Positions 1 through 13,300 of a stretch of 64,000 bases of DNA are shown here, piece by piece. The stretch is taken from contig ADNK01002325.1 of NCBI GenBank assembly GCA_000320545.1, positions 1-64,000 on the forward strand, in the 5' to 3' direction. The notes under the pieces are model-generated. The model did not search any database. It was not told where the DNA came from and saw only the letters and a list, made by a program, of their open reading frames with translations. The stretch comes from Bigelowiella natans CCMP2755. Taxonomy: Eukaryota; Protista; Cercozoa. The translations under genes were made by a program, and so were the position numbers. Position 1 is the first letter of the stretch. Each line of letters opens with the position of its first letter.

Positions 1-36
1 ATGACGCTGGCACCGAGACCAGGAGCCTTTATGTTT

Positions 37-254
37 CTAACCCTAACCCTAACCCTAACCCTAACCCTAACCCTAACCCTAACCCTAACCCTAACCCTAA
101 CCCTAACCCTAACCCTAACCCTAACCCTAACCCTAACCCTAACCCTAACCCTAACCCTAACCCTAACCCTAACCCTAACCCTAACCCTAACCCTAACCCT
201 AACCCTAACCCTAACCCTAACCCTGAACCTGATCCTGAACCTGATCCTAAACCC
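37..254. repeat. Telomeric array (CCCTAA)n = TTAGGG, ~31 perfect units followed by degenerate units
   Basis: Perfect CTAACC tandem from 37 to ~223, then variants (ccctgaacctgatcctgaacctgatcctaaaccc). The C-rich strand lies at the 5' end, as expected for a left chromosome end. Confidence 0.95.
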
Positions 255-720
255 TTGCTGTTCACATTGCAAAAAATGCAAGAAGTGTTGTTCGAGTTGC
301 AAGAATGTGCAGCGCTGCTAGTGTTGTGAACGCACAAGAACGTGTGCACAGTTTGAGTGCCTGTGCACGAAAAATTCCAGCCGCGTGCAAACATGTCTCG
401 CCTTCTTTTTGTGGCTGAAGGGTTGAGATCGCTTGCATGAGCTTTCGCTTGCCCAATCACAAAACTTGTTCCAGGTTTTCATTTGGCCATGACCACGCCT
501 AGATGCTGGCATGCTTTGATGCACATCTGCGATGCACTTGCTAGAGGTGCACTGCTACACCTCCCAGAGCACGTTGAGGGGCGACATCATGTGTCAATCT
601 GATGAGTGATGCACTCGCTAGCTCGGCGCAATTTTCAGCGTTGAGGCCATGCAAATGCATGTCGCTAGATCGCGGGCACAATTTTCGTTCTTCCATGTCT
701 CTTGCGGTGGCACTGTCAAA
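255..720. other. Subtelomeric palindrome-rich island (I0)
   Basis: Dense tgca/catg/ctag/gtgcac words (e.g. cctagatgctggcatgc, ttgctagagg, cgctagctcg, cgctagatcg). No credible ORF. Confidence 0.6.
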
Positions 721-1041
721 TGAACATCTCTAATCCTGTTTCTGGGACGTACACATAGGTCCCATCATCGGTACCGAAGATGCCTGTGATCTTGCGCTTT
801 TGACACCTAATTCCAACAAATGATCAAATTTTGGCACTTGCGTATCTGATTTTAGTTGGTGTTCGATGCATGTACTGCTTACCTCCAAGAAACCCCGCCA
901 ATCTCAATTATATCATTCTCGGTGTCTTTTGATGAGCCCGTTCTTGTTTCTAGACATAACAGGTTCTCATTGTTAACATAATTCTTAGCACTGTATTTTG
1001 GTGACCTACTCAACATTGATTACTTTCACTGGTTTGGCGCT

Positions 1042-4000
1042 CTACTTTTCATGTGTGACACATTCATGATCGATGACTGTTGACGTACCATTTTGGTCTT
1101 GCTCACTACTATCTTCAATTCTCATCGCTGCACTTGTCTTTGCATCGTCATCACCACCATCGTTCTTGTCTGTTGTTCGCTCAGAAGGTAAGGTGCTTGT
1201 TGCTGCTCCCTCAAACGATGAGGAAGATAATGCACTTGGACATGATGATGATGATGATTTTTCTTCTTGGATGGGTCGAATTGTCGTCTCATTAGTAGTG
1301 TGTTGACTATTTGTCGCCGTTTCGCTGCCGTCTTTATTCGCAGACGACTCTATATTTTTTTCATTATGCAACTTTCGTTGTTGATGATGATGCTGAACAT
1401 CATTTGCAATTGACGGTAAGAGGCTGCTGCGGGCTTGCTTCTCACTGCTGGTTTGTGACAACAGAGGCTGCTTCTTTCTCATTGTTTCTTTACTTGCACA
1501 ATGTTTGCTTTTCGTAATTAAACAGTTAGTCTTCGCTGCAGTTGTGGAAGTTGTGGACGATGATTTAATAGTACGCATTGATTTTATAGATTCTTCTTCC
1601 CTTCGTTTATTCTCTATATCGTTTTTATCAAATAGAGCTTCGGATTGAATCCCTACATCCGAGTAATGCTCTTTGTATTTCTTTGTATTCTGGGTTGAGT
1701 ATTGCTCCTTGTATTTCTTTGTAGTATTCTGAGTTGAGTCGGACTTCTTCACATTTGAAAGATCCTTACTTGGATCGTGGTTGTAAGTCCAATTTCCATC
1801 CTTCCTTTTCCTCCCAAACGTTTCACTGCTACTATTGCTATTGCTACTACTAGTATTACCATTAGTGATAAAAATCTGTTGATTATGACAAAGAGCTTTC
1901 GCTGTTCTGGGTCCATAAGATGTCATAAAGATGTAAAAGTGAGTACTCGGCCTCGTGGTTTGCTGTAGAAACCATTCCATTACTCTTGCTCCAAATCCCT
2001 TCTTGTTCTTATCTCGCCCCACCTTCTTCAATGATAGCGACGACGATGATCTAGGCAATAGCATCATTGGATCCAACAGTTATGTGTCAACAATACATAG
2101 ATCTAGGCAACAGCATCATTGGATCCAACAGTTATGTGTCAACAATACATAGATACTGTACACACACATACACACATACACATCTTATTTTATTATATTT
2201 ATATCTATTTGCATATATGAGAGGGGGTCATTTCAAAAGTAGAATGAATACAGTTTGAAGTCCAACTAGAAGCAGAAAAAGTTGAAGAAGAAAAAGAAGA
2301 AGACAAAGAAGAAGAAAAAGAAGAAGACAAAGAAGAAGAAAAAGAAGAAGTAACCATAATGCTTACTGCTAATATTATTTTTAGAAAACGTGGTTGAGAT
2401 GTAGTTGATGTTCCTTCAGAGATGATGGCAAAGAGAAGAGAAGAATGATGTTATATATCATTCGTCTCTTCTTCCATCAACCTTTCTGAGTACATGATAT
2501 TATGGATGATGAACGTGTGGAGGTTGTACGCTGTGTATGTGATAACAATAATTTTACTGATTATGACGATTCTTGTCATTGATCTTCTTGTTTCCTGCTG
2601 TGTTCTTCTGAAACACACATAATTATCATAGTTGTAATTCAAGTACGATCATCGTAAATATTTTGGTAACAATAGTAATAGGCACCACCTTTGCTGCTGC
2701 TGCTGCTGCGTTGTCTACGCTGCTGCAATTATCATCATCATTATCATCCTCATCATCACCACGCTGCCAGTAGAGGAAAAACTGAAAAGGAGGACTTGAA
2801 GGAAAAGAGCAGCTGTGAACAACATCACAATTATCGTCATTAGATTCCTTATTGCTGCTGGGAAATGCCTCCGCGATCCCAACCACTTCCTCTGGCCCGT
2901 CATTGCCGCTTAGATGGGGGGGGGAGGAGTTTGAGTTGGCGAATGGACTCTTGATGCCGTTTTTGGAAAACTGATTGTAATGAACACAAAGAGTAATTTA
3001 TTATCATTAAGAGCATACTGATTGTAATGAACACAAAGAGTAATTTATTATCATTAAGAGCATACTGATTGTAATGAACACAAAGAGTAATTTATTATCA
3101 TTAAGAGCATAGTTTAATCTGGATAGTAGTAGCGGGAGGAGTCATCATCAGTTGTTAATAATTCATTAACTAAGAAGAAGTAAGTGAGATTCGTGACCTC
3201 CATTAGCAGCAGGGATTCAGCATGTTTGTTGATTGAGTAACGCATCATCGAATTCTGGATTAAATGCCAGTGAGACTCCAAAGGCTTCCAATCCTTCACA
3301 CGAATCTGCGGAGCAATAAAATGTACAGTTGGGTGAGAGAAGTGACGACGTAACTTAAAATGAAACATCTCATATTCGAATTGTTGTTAGTTGGTATTTG
3401 ACATATAGTAGCTAGGAAACCATATATCGTAGCACCACCTGAGCAGGAACAACGTGATCTCGAAGAGAATTAGAATGACCTCCTCCTCCTCCTTTTCCGC
3501 CGCATATAATGTTACCAACACACCATGTTGGGTCTTGCTGGCTGCTATGTTTGTCTAGCCCAACAATACCAATCTCTATTCGGTGTCTGCTATTATTGAC
3601 GGTAGTAGCATCATCGCTATTGCTGCTGCTTTTGTTGTCACCAATTGAAGAGGTGGTAGAAGGACCAGCGATTGCATCATCTTCCATAGAATTCCCTTGA
3701 GCAAATTCTCCTTCTCCTTCTCCTCCACTACCACTACCATCACCACCAACCCTATCATCACCTTTCTTTTCTTCTGTTTTGTCCTGATGATTTTGCTCGG
3801 GGTTTCTTCGTTTTCTCCCTCGTTGAAGTGGCTGTTGTTGTTGTTGTTGTTGTTGTTGTTGTCGAGAATGAGGTGTAATAACAGAAGGGTTCTGTTGTGT
3901 TCTATTTTTCGTCTTCTTCTCCTTTCGTAGCTGTTTGTCTTGACCATCCGTGTCTTCTCTTCTTCTTCTTCTTCTTCTTCTTCTTCTTCCCGCCTCTCCT

Positions 4001-5748
4001 CCTCCTCCTCCTGCTGCTGCTGCTGTGCCGACGATGTGCAAGTCTATTTGGTCTCCTTGCTCAATACCAACTTCCTCAAATGTTTTCTCTGGACTACAGG
4101 AACAAGAGAGAAAGAGAAAGAGAGACAAAATTTATGCGTGATCAACAAATGTTGTATAATTTATTGTTGAGACCTCCAGTGATAGCAGTAAAAACACAGC
4201 TATCATCACTACTAAAATCGTCTAAAGTCTACGTACTTACTCCATGCTCAATCCATCAAAGATAAAGTGACAATACAGCAGATAATCATTGTGTCAAATA
4301 TATAAGTCGATAATATATCGATGATACATGCAAATAAATACACCATACTCGATGATAAAACCATCAAAGATTAGTCGGATCTGATCCGCCGCCACTTGCA
4401 ACCTCTTCGAAAAATTTTTCAACAGCTTCTTGACCTTGAATAACCTAACCGTTGTGTGTAGATGATGCTCAGATAAGTAGCTAGAAGTAGTTACTACAAC
4501 ACAGGGAGACCAAAAACCAAACTCATGAAATATAATCTTTAGAGAAACAGTAGATTCAAAATAATCGAGCGAAAACACAGATGATTGATAACATCGTCGT
4601 CTCTGCGGACAAGGATAATCGGTATCATAACTATTATGATCAGTTTCCTAGAAATGTTCCAATTTGTTGTTAAAACTTGATGTTGCTGTTGTTCGTTCAA
4701 CCTGTTGAGTTTCACCTTTTTACTCGTTTTGGGCTTATCAGCCTCCTTCACAAGAACTACGATTCTAATGATCATGATGATGAGAATAGTATTATCGATG
4801 AATCGAGATTACACAGAAAGACACATGATCATTTATCCAGGAGATTCGCATTTGGCGAGGAATAGGAAATACGTAGAATTCTGTAAAGTGGCGATTTCTT
4901 CGTCACAGTTGTATATGCTGTGTTGGAACGAAGTATCATAGCTTAATTGCAGCGCCACGTTATTTATGTAAAAAATAAGCACAGCATTCGAAAGTACAAA
5001 TAGAGCTCGATTCTACTTTGTATTGTCTTTCCGAGGCATCTTCAATGATTCGGAAGAATTGTGTCCCTTTTTTTGAGGCGGCTGCTGAAGCGCTGTTAAA
5101 CTAGATTTCCTTTTATTTTCCAATGGAGTCCTCCTTTTCTGGGTCGAAGTTCGGGATGATGCGTGGGATTCATTGTTGTCAGCAGCATTAGCTACAGATT
5201 GTAGTCTCTGTTTTGCATAGGGCCACCAGTCCGGTGGGTGACGTAAGTTTTCACGAGGGGAGGGGTAATTAGAGCCCATGCGCTTTATCATTATCTTCCA
5301 AAAGTCTTTTTCATTCATTTTTGCACCTCTTTCCATCTTTAGTATATCTTGGATGTGTTTGTCTATCATCGCCATCAATTCAGGTGATGGTCGCTGCTGT
5401 TCGCGATTTCGTTTCTTTACTCGGGAAGAACCAAGGCTGCTTTCTCGAGGAGAGGATGAAATATCATCTGAAGCTTGCCTCCAGACTAATTTTCCACGTG
5501 CAGCTTCATCCTTGGGATCTTTCCCAAACATTTTGTTACTGAGGATCTGTTTATCATCGTTGGACTCACCAATCTGGAAACGAAACAGAGACAGCAGGAT
5601 TGTCACCAATAATCATCAAATTGTGGCTGTAATCAAGATTTTGCAATGTTATACCCGAGCTCTACTCTTTCCATTCTTTATATCTACAAGTTCCAAGGTA
5701 GCCGAAACCCTAGCAGATATCATCCCGAGTGATATCAACGCAAAGAAG

Positions 5749-5782
<34 letters not shown>

Positions 5783-6732
5783 TCAAACACACATGGAGAG
5801 GGAGGGGGAGGGAAGAGACAGAGAGAGGGAGAGAGGATATATTAGATTGCCTACAACCAGGAATGATTCTTGTAGATCTCCACTTTCATTCCTGTGTGTG
5901 GCTGATAATTATAAGAATCAGCCTGGAATCCACAAGGTTTCCAAATATGATGAGAGAATACTATTCGACCCTGGATGATGACGAGCTAGTCCTGAAGCAA
6001 GTTGGATTCATACTGGGTATATTCTTCTGTGAAGTCCTTTCGTTTAGTCTTGGCACTCTACTTCTCCGACACAGTTTTTTTTGGCGATTTGAATTTTCTA
6101 CCAACAAAAATGAATTCAAGGTCCATTAAATCTAAAAAGAGAGTTTTTCTTTACGTTTTGTGATAGGCTTTTCCGATGATGAAGAGGTTCCTCTCCTGAA
6201 TGAAGAAAACTCGACAGGCTCTTGTACTACAGAATATGTACCCCCGAGAGTCTCTTCCCCGTCTGAGTCGACTTCAGCGGTATATTTCGCTCGTATTAAA
6301 TTCTCGGGAGTTTGCGGCAATAGCCATGTCTTACCATTGTCCCAACACCTAAATATTTCAATTATGGTATTATTAAAAAGGTAGGTATCATCATGCAAGC
6401 CTAAAGGTGGTTTAATACGAACATAGAGCCAAACAATTTGTTAACAAATAGCATGAAATTGTGAAATGCAACGAGATGAGTGTAAATGCAAATATTATAG
6501 ATAACAGTGACTGGTACTCGAGCCTATATCTTCGGGATTCCCTATCGATACTGAGTACCCTTGCATTGTACCATTTCCCTTTCCAGTTGACTGTCAAAAG
6601 AAGAGTATTTCAAACGAGAAGGGAAGGACGACCGAACCGAAATGCACAACCTTGGACATTTTCCATAAATCGAAATTTTGGTCCATGGGAACTGGATGCT
6701 GACGATGAGCTTCGTTTATTTCGACGTTTCAT
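1042..6732 (-). CDS. Multi-exon nuclear protein: N-terminal Tudor/Agenet-like domain, SUMO-like (Rad60-SLD/ubiquitin-like) domain, long low-complexity regions
   Basis: The spliced start MKRRNKRS...KFRFMENVQ|VNWKGKWYNARVLSIDRESRRYRLE..WDNGKTW has a Tudor-like aromatic pattern. KVKKLLKNFSKRLQVAADQIRLIFDGFIIE|PEKTFEEVGIEQGDQIDLHIV is the SUMO-like signature (F.FDG..I....T...L.ME.GD.ID). Long exons match ORFs 5013-5609, 3412-4128 and 1042-2076. Confidence 0.7.
2048..2153. repeat. 52-bp tandem duplication (2 copies) ending at a minus-strand splice acceptor
   Basis: gatctaggcaa(t/c)agcatcattggatccaacagttatgtgtcaacaatacata occurs at 2048 and 2100 with one mismatch. Confidence 0.9.
2970..3110. repeat. 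47-bp perfect tandem triplication ending at a minus-strand splice acceptor
   Basis: actgattgtaatgaacacaaagagtaatttattatcattaagagcat occurs at 2970, 3017 and 3064. Confidence 0.92.
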
Positions 6733-7023
6733 TATCTCGGTCCTGCGCTCCCCACAACAATGATTGATGGGGACCGTCCGGAACCTTCGATGGAGAAATA
6801 GCCCTTGGTAGTGTCTCCCAGGGGTACGGATTCCGAAGATGTCAGAAGTTTTATTAATGCGACATGAATCCATGAATGTCGCAAAGGGAAATGACAGAGC
6901 AACAAAGGCCGTTAAAAAAGAAGATGGGTAGTCAAGAAAGCGACTTATTAAGTAACAATCTTGAAGCGAAGAGCCTCCCGCCAATTTAGTCCGTCCACTC
7001 CCTACTTCGCGTGCTCAGTCACG
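6733..7023. promoter_or_regulatory. Putative bidirectional promoter (~290 bp between divergent ATGs)
   Basis: The ATG of the minus gene is at 6732 and the ATG of the plus gene at 7024. The spacer is CpG-containing and has no microsatellites or palindrome island. Confidence 0.5.
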
Positions 7024-9707
7024 ATGAGGAGGACCCAATCAGAGGGTAAATCCAAAGAAAAATTTCATTCTTGTTCGTAAATATTCATAAATCTCCGATT
7101 GTGGCTCTCACGAGTGCCTCATTTCACAAATTCTCTCCATAAGGTCCAGATTCCTCGGTACCCAGCTCGATTGAAAGGTGCTCGTCTCTCTTAACGCTTT
7201 ATGCCTCCTTTCATAGGCTGCTAATTCTACAATTCTCTATTTAGATGTTTACAGCTAGTTTATGTGTGACACAGGATACGCACTCGACTGGATCGAGTTA
7301 GACGGGCCTCCTTGACGCCCACGGTAAGATGATAGGTTTTCTTCGAGAACGAAGCATGGGCACAGAAGATTTTAATTAACCATGTGGTTCTTTGTGGAAT
7401 AATTCTATGAATGAAAATGTACCAATGTTAATTATCGACAGAAGAAATCGCCCAATGGCGAGAATGGCCACTCGCCATCAACTCGACGCTTGTCGCTATT
7501 GCGAAGTTCTCCAAATGTAAACAACCCCTTCCATGCACTTCCTTACCGACTCAAAATAGTTATTTACGTTCTAATCACTGCAGAAGGCTGAGACGACTTC
7601 TGCTCGTGTTGCCCTCGCGGAACTTGAGATTGCGCAAACCCAGCAGGTAAATTGTTAGATCTAAGTATTGCGGAAGGCTAATCATTCAATGTTATTAGGT
7701 GGAGCACGGCAAACAGATGGACGAATTGATTGCAATCCAAGAGGTCAGTAAATTTTCGATTCTGATTTTCTTTATTAGTAACTGGATTTGTAACATTTAA
7801 AGGGACTTCGAAAGCAAATTGAGTTGCTGAAGTTAGACAGGTATTCATAGACAGAGACCAAGGTTGGTTTAAAATATGATAACAGCATGGAATGGTTTAT
7901 AGGATGACTCAGGCATCTTATCTTGAGAAGCTCCTCTTCAGAATAAACGCATTAAATTTGGAAAAAAGACAACTAGTTGATGCTGTGGAGGAAAGGTTTT
8001 CAACAATGTGCAAAACAACAAATAACTAAACAAACATTAAATTGCACCTATCAGGAATAAAAAACTGCTGGCTGCGATAAGCGCTTCGGTATTTAACACA
8101 CTGATTTGTTCGATTATACATTCCTAACATTGAATTGACAGGACCATAAATTAATGCTCCGGCAACATGAGGAGAAGGTGGAGGTGAGCGCAGTACCATA
8201 GTCTTTTGCTTGCATTTATTTGGATTATAATATGTCTAGATTAAAGCAAAGGAATTGAAGGAGGCAGAAAATCAGCTGGAAAAGGTACCCCAATTCCCCC
8301 TTTAATATTTATTTCGTGCGAATAGATATATTCGAGAAATTCATGAGTTCCTCCAACTCAGGTGGAGAAGGATCTGCATTCCCAACGCGGTGAGCGAGTC
8401 ATTTGGATCCATTGATTGCATAATTTACTTTCTCAACCGACAGAGTTGGCTGAGCTTCGTGGGAGCAGGCTTGCAGCTCAGGTATTGCAAACTAACCCTG
8501 GCAACTCATGTATGGTTCCAAACATTATCATTTGGACAGGCACGCATGATCGAGGACCTCATACGGGAGAGAAAGGTAATCTTAATCCTTTACAATTAAT
8601 GATGACCTTCACTGATGAAAAACGGGTACCAAGGTTGATGGATTAAACCTGGGAGACAGTTTGAAGAAGGTATTGGCTTAAATTTTCTTGATTTCATCCG
8701 AGATAAATCTTATTTATATCCGTTTGTTCGAATCTGTCAAGGATCCCCACCTTAGAATCGAGGGCAGGAATTTCGGTGAGCTTTGACTTTTTTGTTTTCA
8801 AATCTATCTGGCAGCTCTCGATGATTGACTGACTGTGTGCCCGAAATTAATCCACAGATGCTAATGCAGATGTTTCGAATGGTGGCCAACCGCGTCTTAA
8901 ACTCTCTCCAAAATCACCAAGCTCTCCAGCTATCGGACAACAGATGATCGAAGTCAGATATTATTTACACCATTCACAATCATTGTGATAAAATTGAATC
9001 CATCATGATTTCGACGGTATTTTGGTAGGAACTTGAAAAGGAAAAATTGGAAATGATAGAGAAAGAGGTAAATAACACTATCAAAGATCGAAAATTAGGA
9101 CTTTGAAGCAAAATTTAAAATGAGTACATTGTGTTTTACTGATTAGATTGAGCATAAGCGAGCATTAAGGTACAGCTTAGTACACTAAATTATCCAATTT
9201 TAATGGGATATAGAAATTAACAAAATGCTTTACTGTCCTCCCAGGACTCTGTATTCGAAACTGGTTATTGCTTGTAGCGACGACGATGACAATGAGCTCA
9301 AAGTTGAAGCTGTGACCACAAAGTTGACCAAACTTCAAAAAATAAGGAGAGAAGAGTTATAAATCCTGCTGTTTTGCAATCTTGAAGAGGCTAATACTAA
9401 AGAGTGGTTAAAAAATACACGAATTGAACTAAAGTTCAATGGAAAATGTTTCTCTTTCAAACAGGCCGAATGTAGACGCGTCTCAATTACACGAGCTCAT
9501 TGATATTCTCATCTCTCAGAAGCAAGAGCAGGTAAATGTTTATTCAATGCTCGGATTGTCGTCCTCCTTGACCAACATCTTATGCGAAGTATGTTGTTTT
9601 TTCTCCGTTTAGCAAATGCGTACACAGCGCTTGCAAGAACGAGTGGATAAAGGTGAATAAATCTTACGATGAACGCCACATGCATGCGTATTCTGTGTCA
9701 CACATAC

Positions 9708-9747
<40 letters not shown>

Positions 9748-10270
9748 TACACACACACACACACACACACAAAATATTAAAATATAAATAATGTATAAAC
9801 ACATTATACAAATTCAATTACTACATGTCTGTCAGCATTGGAAAGCTCTGCAAAGAACGCTAAGGTATATTGTTATTCTGAGATAACGAAAACAAATGAG
9901 AACAAAAGCCTAAATCCTTAAACTGAAATCTGCTGTTCGTTTGCAGGAAATGGATAATTGCCAAATGTCAATAAACGAGCTCAGTGCTGCAATGGTATGA
10001 GAAAACGTGAACAATCTGTCCAGCTTTTTAATAATTTCAAGCACCCATGCAACAATTTTCATGGTTCTTGACCATACTCAGATCGAGAAGAATAAGGCTC
10101 TTACGAGCGTGGAATGCGAGTTATCAGCGGTTATAGTTCTCTTTTACGTAATTGTGATACACTAATACACTTGACATCATTTCGATAAGGCCAAGGACAG
10201 AGTAGCGGAAGGAGAGGCTGCGAAAGATGAAGTGGTACAGTGTACAAGTACACACACACACACATACACA

Positions 10271-10309
<39 letters not shown>

Positions 10310-13300
10310 CATATAGTTAGAAAGTTGTAGAGACTATAATAAACAATATACACACATATGGACATTTAGGTATCGGAGATGGAATTATACAAAACCCGAA
10401 CGGAAATATTAGAAAGGCAGATACAGGTATCACTAGCACCTCTAAAAATTTTAAAAGACAGATTTCTTACATACTTTATTATCCTATAGGAAATGCAAGG
10501 CAAATATACCGAAGAAACGGGAAGGTCATTATGTGCAGACGACTTCTGCTGAAGTTTGCAACTGAAAATATCATTTTATATCGTAGGTTGATAGAATCAG
10601 TGGACGATAAGGATGCGGTATATCTGCTGAATAAAATCCATATTCTCGACTATGAAACCTTACATATATTTTGTATAATCAGAAACTGAATGCAATAGCA
10701 CACATGCTGCATAACTCAAGAAAAGAAGGAGAAATTGTAAGTAATTTAAATTTTGGTCTAGAATTGATTGATAATTCTTCTGTCAAATATAACAGATGAA
10801 GATACAGCTTTCTGAGGTACTTATTAGCACCCTTTATACCTTTTAAGTCTTCAACTATTGGAAAAATTGCCTTTCATTACACACGTTCATTACGTGAACT
10901 TTAAATTTAGCTAAATACGGAGAAGGAGGAAATGCAAATCAAGATGGAGAGCATGCAGAAGCAAGTTAGGCCAGCATTTCTAACAACGATTTATTGATAG
11001 ACGCACTTCATATGGCATACGTTGGTTAGCTCAATCTATTCTGGATTATGTTCATTTAGGTTGAAATGGCTGAAGCTACAAACCAGAGTTTGGAGAAAGA
11101 GATAAAGGTATGGTTATTTTCCTGAATCTTTTTTGAATCTTGAAATTGAAACCGACACATCTGCTTACAAAAAGATTCGAGAGAGTGAAACTCAAAAGGC
11201 TAAAACTAGTCTCGAGACTTTTCAAAAACAGATGCAGGAGACTAAAAAGAAACTTATGGTAAGAATACGTACAAATTTGTTGTGGATACCTAAAGCTCTT
11301 TTATTGTACTTCAACTCGCATTCACACACATATTTGATTGGGTTATGTAGGATTTAAAGGAATCTTGGCAGGTTGCAGAAGAAAAGCACATAAAGGCAGC
11401 AGCCGATTCTCATGTAATTCGTTTTAGGTTTATTATTTATTGTCTAATATGATACAATTGTCAAAGGCGAAATATGAATCCAAGCACGCGGAAAAGGAGG
11501 TATTGTAGGATTTTGTGAAGAAGATAAATTGTTGAGACGATTTAACTTTTAGATGCTGGAGGAAGTTAACAACAAACTCAAGGATGAGAAGAAGCAAATA
11601 CTGATAAAGTTGATGGCCACCCAGGAAAATATTAAAGGGTAAAATGAGATCGATGCGAATTGTTGATGTATAATCTATGGAGTTGCATTCCATTCCTCTA
11701 TCAGGAACGAAATTGGCGCGCATATTGAGCTGACATCTAGATATGTCTTATTACCCGTTTATTTTTCAATATGTCACCTTAGAGTACACAGGAAGCACAT
11801 TGCCCTTGCAGCGGCTCATCTTGCACTTCGGAAAAAGTTGAAAATCTCCCAGGTATGTTGAAATTCCTTCGACGAACACGATTGTAATTGAGATAGTTGT
11901 GCGTTCTAACAAGCGAACTTTTTCAGGGAACCTTAAACAGCGAAAGAAAATCTATCTTGGAGCTCAAGTTGAAGTATATGCTTTCATATTTCACTTGATG
12001 ATTGGGAATCTGTAAATTATACTGTTTTTTTTTAGTTCTTTTGTAATGTTAATAATGAGATGGTCTCATCATATAGATGCTTCCCAATATTTATCCAGGC
12101 TGAACCAAGCCGACTTAAAATGTTCTCAGTTAGCTGAGTCAGTCAAAGAGGCGTCGAGAAAAATCGGTGATTTTGAAAAGACTTGGTCTCTCTCTACTGA
12201 TGAACGTGAATCACTAAAAGTATTTCTTTGGCCAGAGGAGAACCGATTTCAAAAGAAATTGCAGCAAAATAGAACGGTTTGACATAGATGCCTTCAGAAA
12301 AAAGAGAATGAAAATCATCTGAGGATTTCAACTTTAACCTCTTGTCTCTTAGGAGGAGTTAAAGTCAATATATGCTCAATTGGAATCCATGTCGAAACGA
12401 CTAAATAAGGTTAAGATTTCGTACATACGCAACATATGATACACAGTCTACAGCTTGGAAAACCAAATCTTACCTAAATTGTTACCGATCGTTACTTCAG
12501 GCAGACAAAACTGAAGAGAAACTTTATCTGGTCACACATCTTATTCCATCTTAATTTCAACCCAAAATGATACAATATAATAAATAAAAAGGTTGAAGCA
12601 AGAAAGATTGAGCTTGAGAAGGAAAAATTGGTAAGAATCAAGTTTTTCTTACATTCGTTATCGATTGTGGTTTTTTTATATTTTGATTTACCCACATCTG
12701 AAAGGCACTCTCTGATGAGCATGATAACCTAAAGGTATGAATTGAAATCATTGTTGTTGAAAAAGTTTGACGTGAAAAGTCTTATTGTTATCTTGCAACA
12801 GATTCAGGCACAAGCTGATCTGGATATCGAAAAGCAGAAATCTGTATGTTGATCTGATTTTCTTGCCTCAATAAACGTGTTGTAACATATGTACATTTCT
12901 GGCCATTTTACGTAGATTCGTTTGGAAGAGCAAAATAAGTCTTTGAAACAAAAATCGGTTTGTTAATTTCACAAACTTGGACTTGATGGTACGGTTTAGA
13001 TAATCCCTGACGAATTAATTGATCTTAGGAGAATTTGGAACAGGAGAAGAAAAAGTTAATAAAACAGCTTCATAAAGAGGCAGAGAGTTTTATGGAATTT
13101 AAGGTGGAGAAATACTCGTGAACGAAAACCTTCCTGTATGTTTTAAACTTGTCCGTTTGATTGTTAGACGAATGCCACGGCAACGCTCGCGGAGAAAGCC
13201 GCTCGAGAGGTTTCATTGAATCACCGAATGGCTGCTTCTCCTGATTATCTCGCGCTGGGTGTTCAATTCAAATTGAAGAAATTCCCCCCTTCCCCTTTCC

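Noticed and set aside
1-460. ORFs 1-321 (LT repeats, Cys-rich metallothionein-like tail) and 29-460 (GL repeats)
   Set aside because: They are translations of the telomere repeat and of the TGC/TGT-rich island. There is no independent coding evidence.
2970-3110. CRISPR-like array
   Set aside because: These are head-to-tail identical units with no spacers, in a eukaryotic intron, with no cas genes.
5278-6129. 283-aa plus-strand ORF
   Set aside because: It is an antisense shadow of the minus-strand gene's exons and reads through an (AC)n microsatellite.
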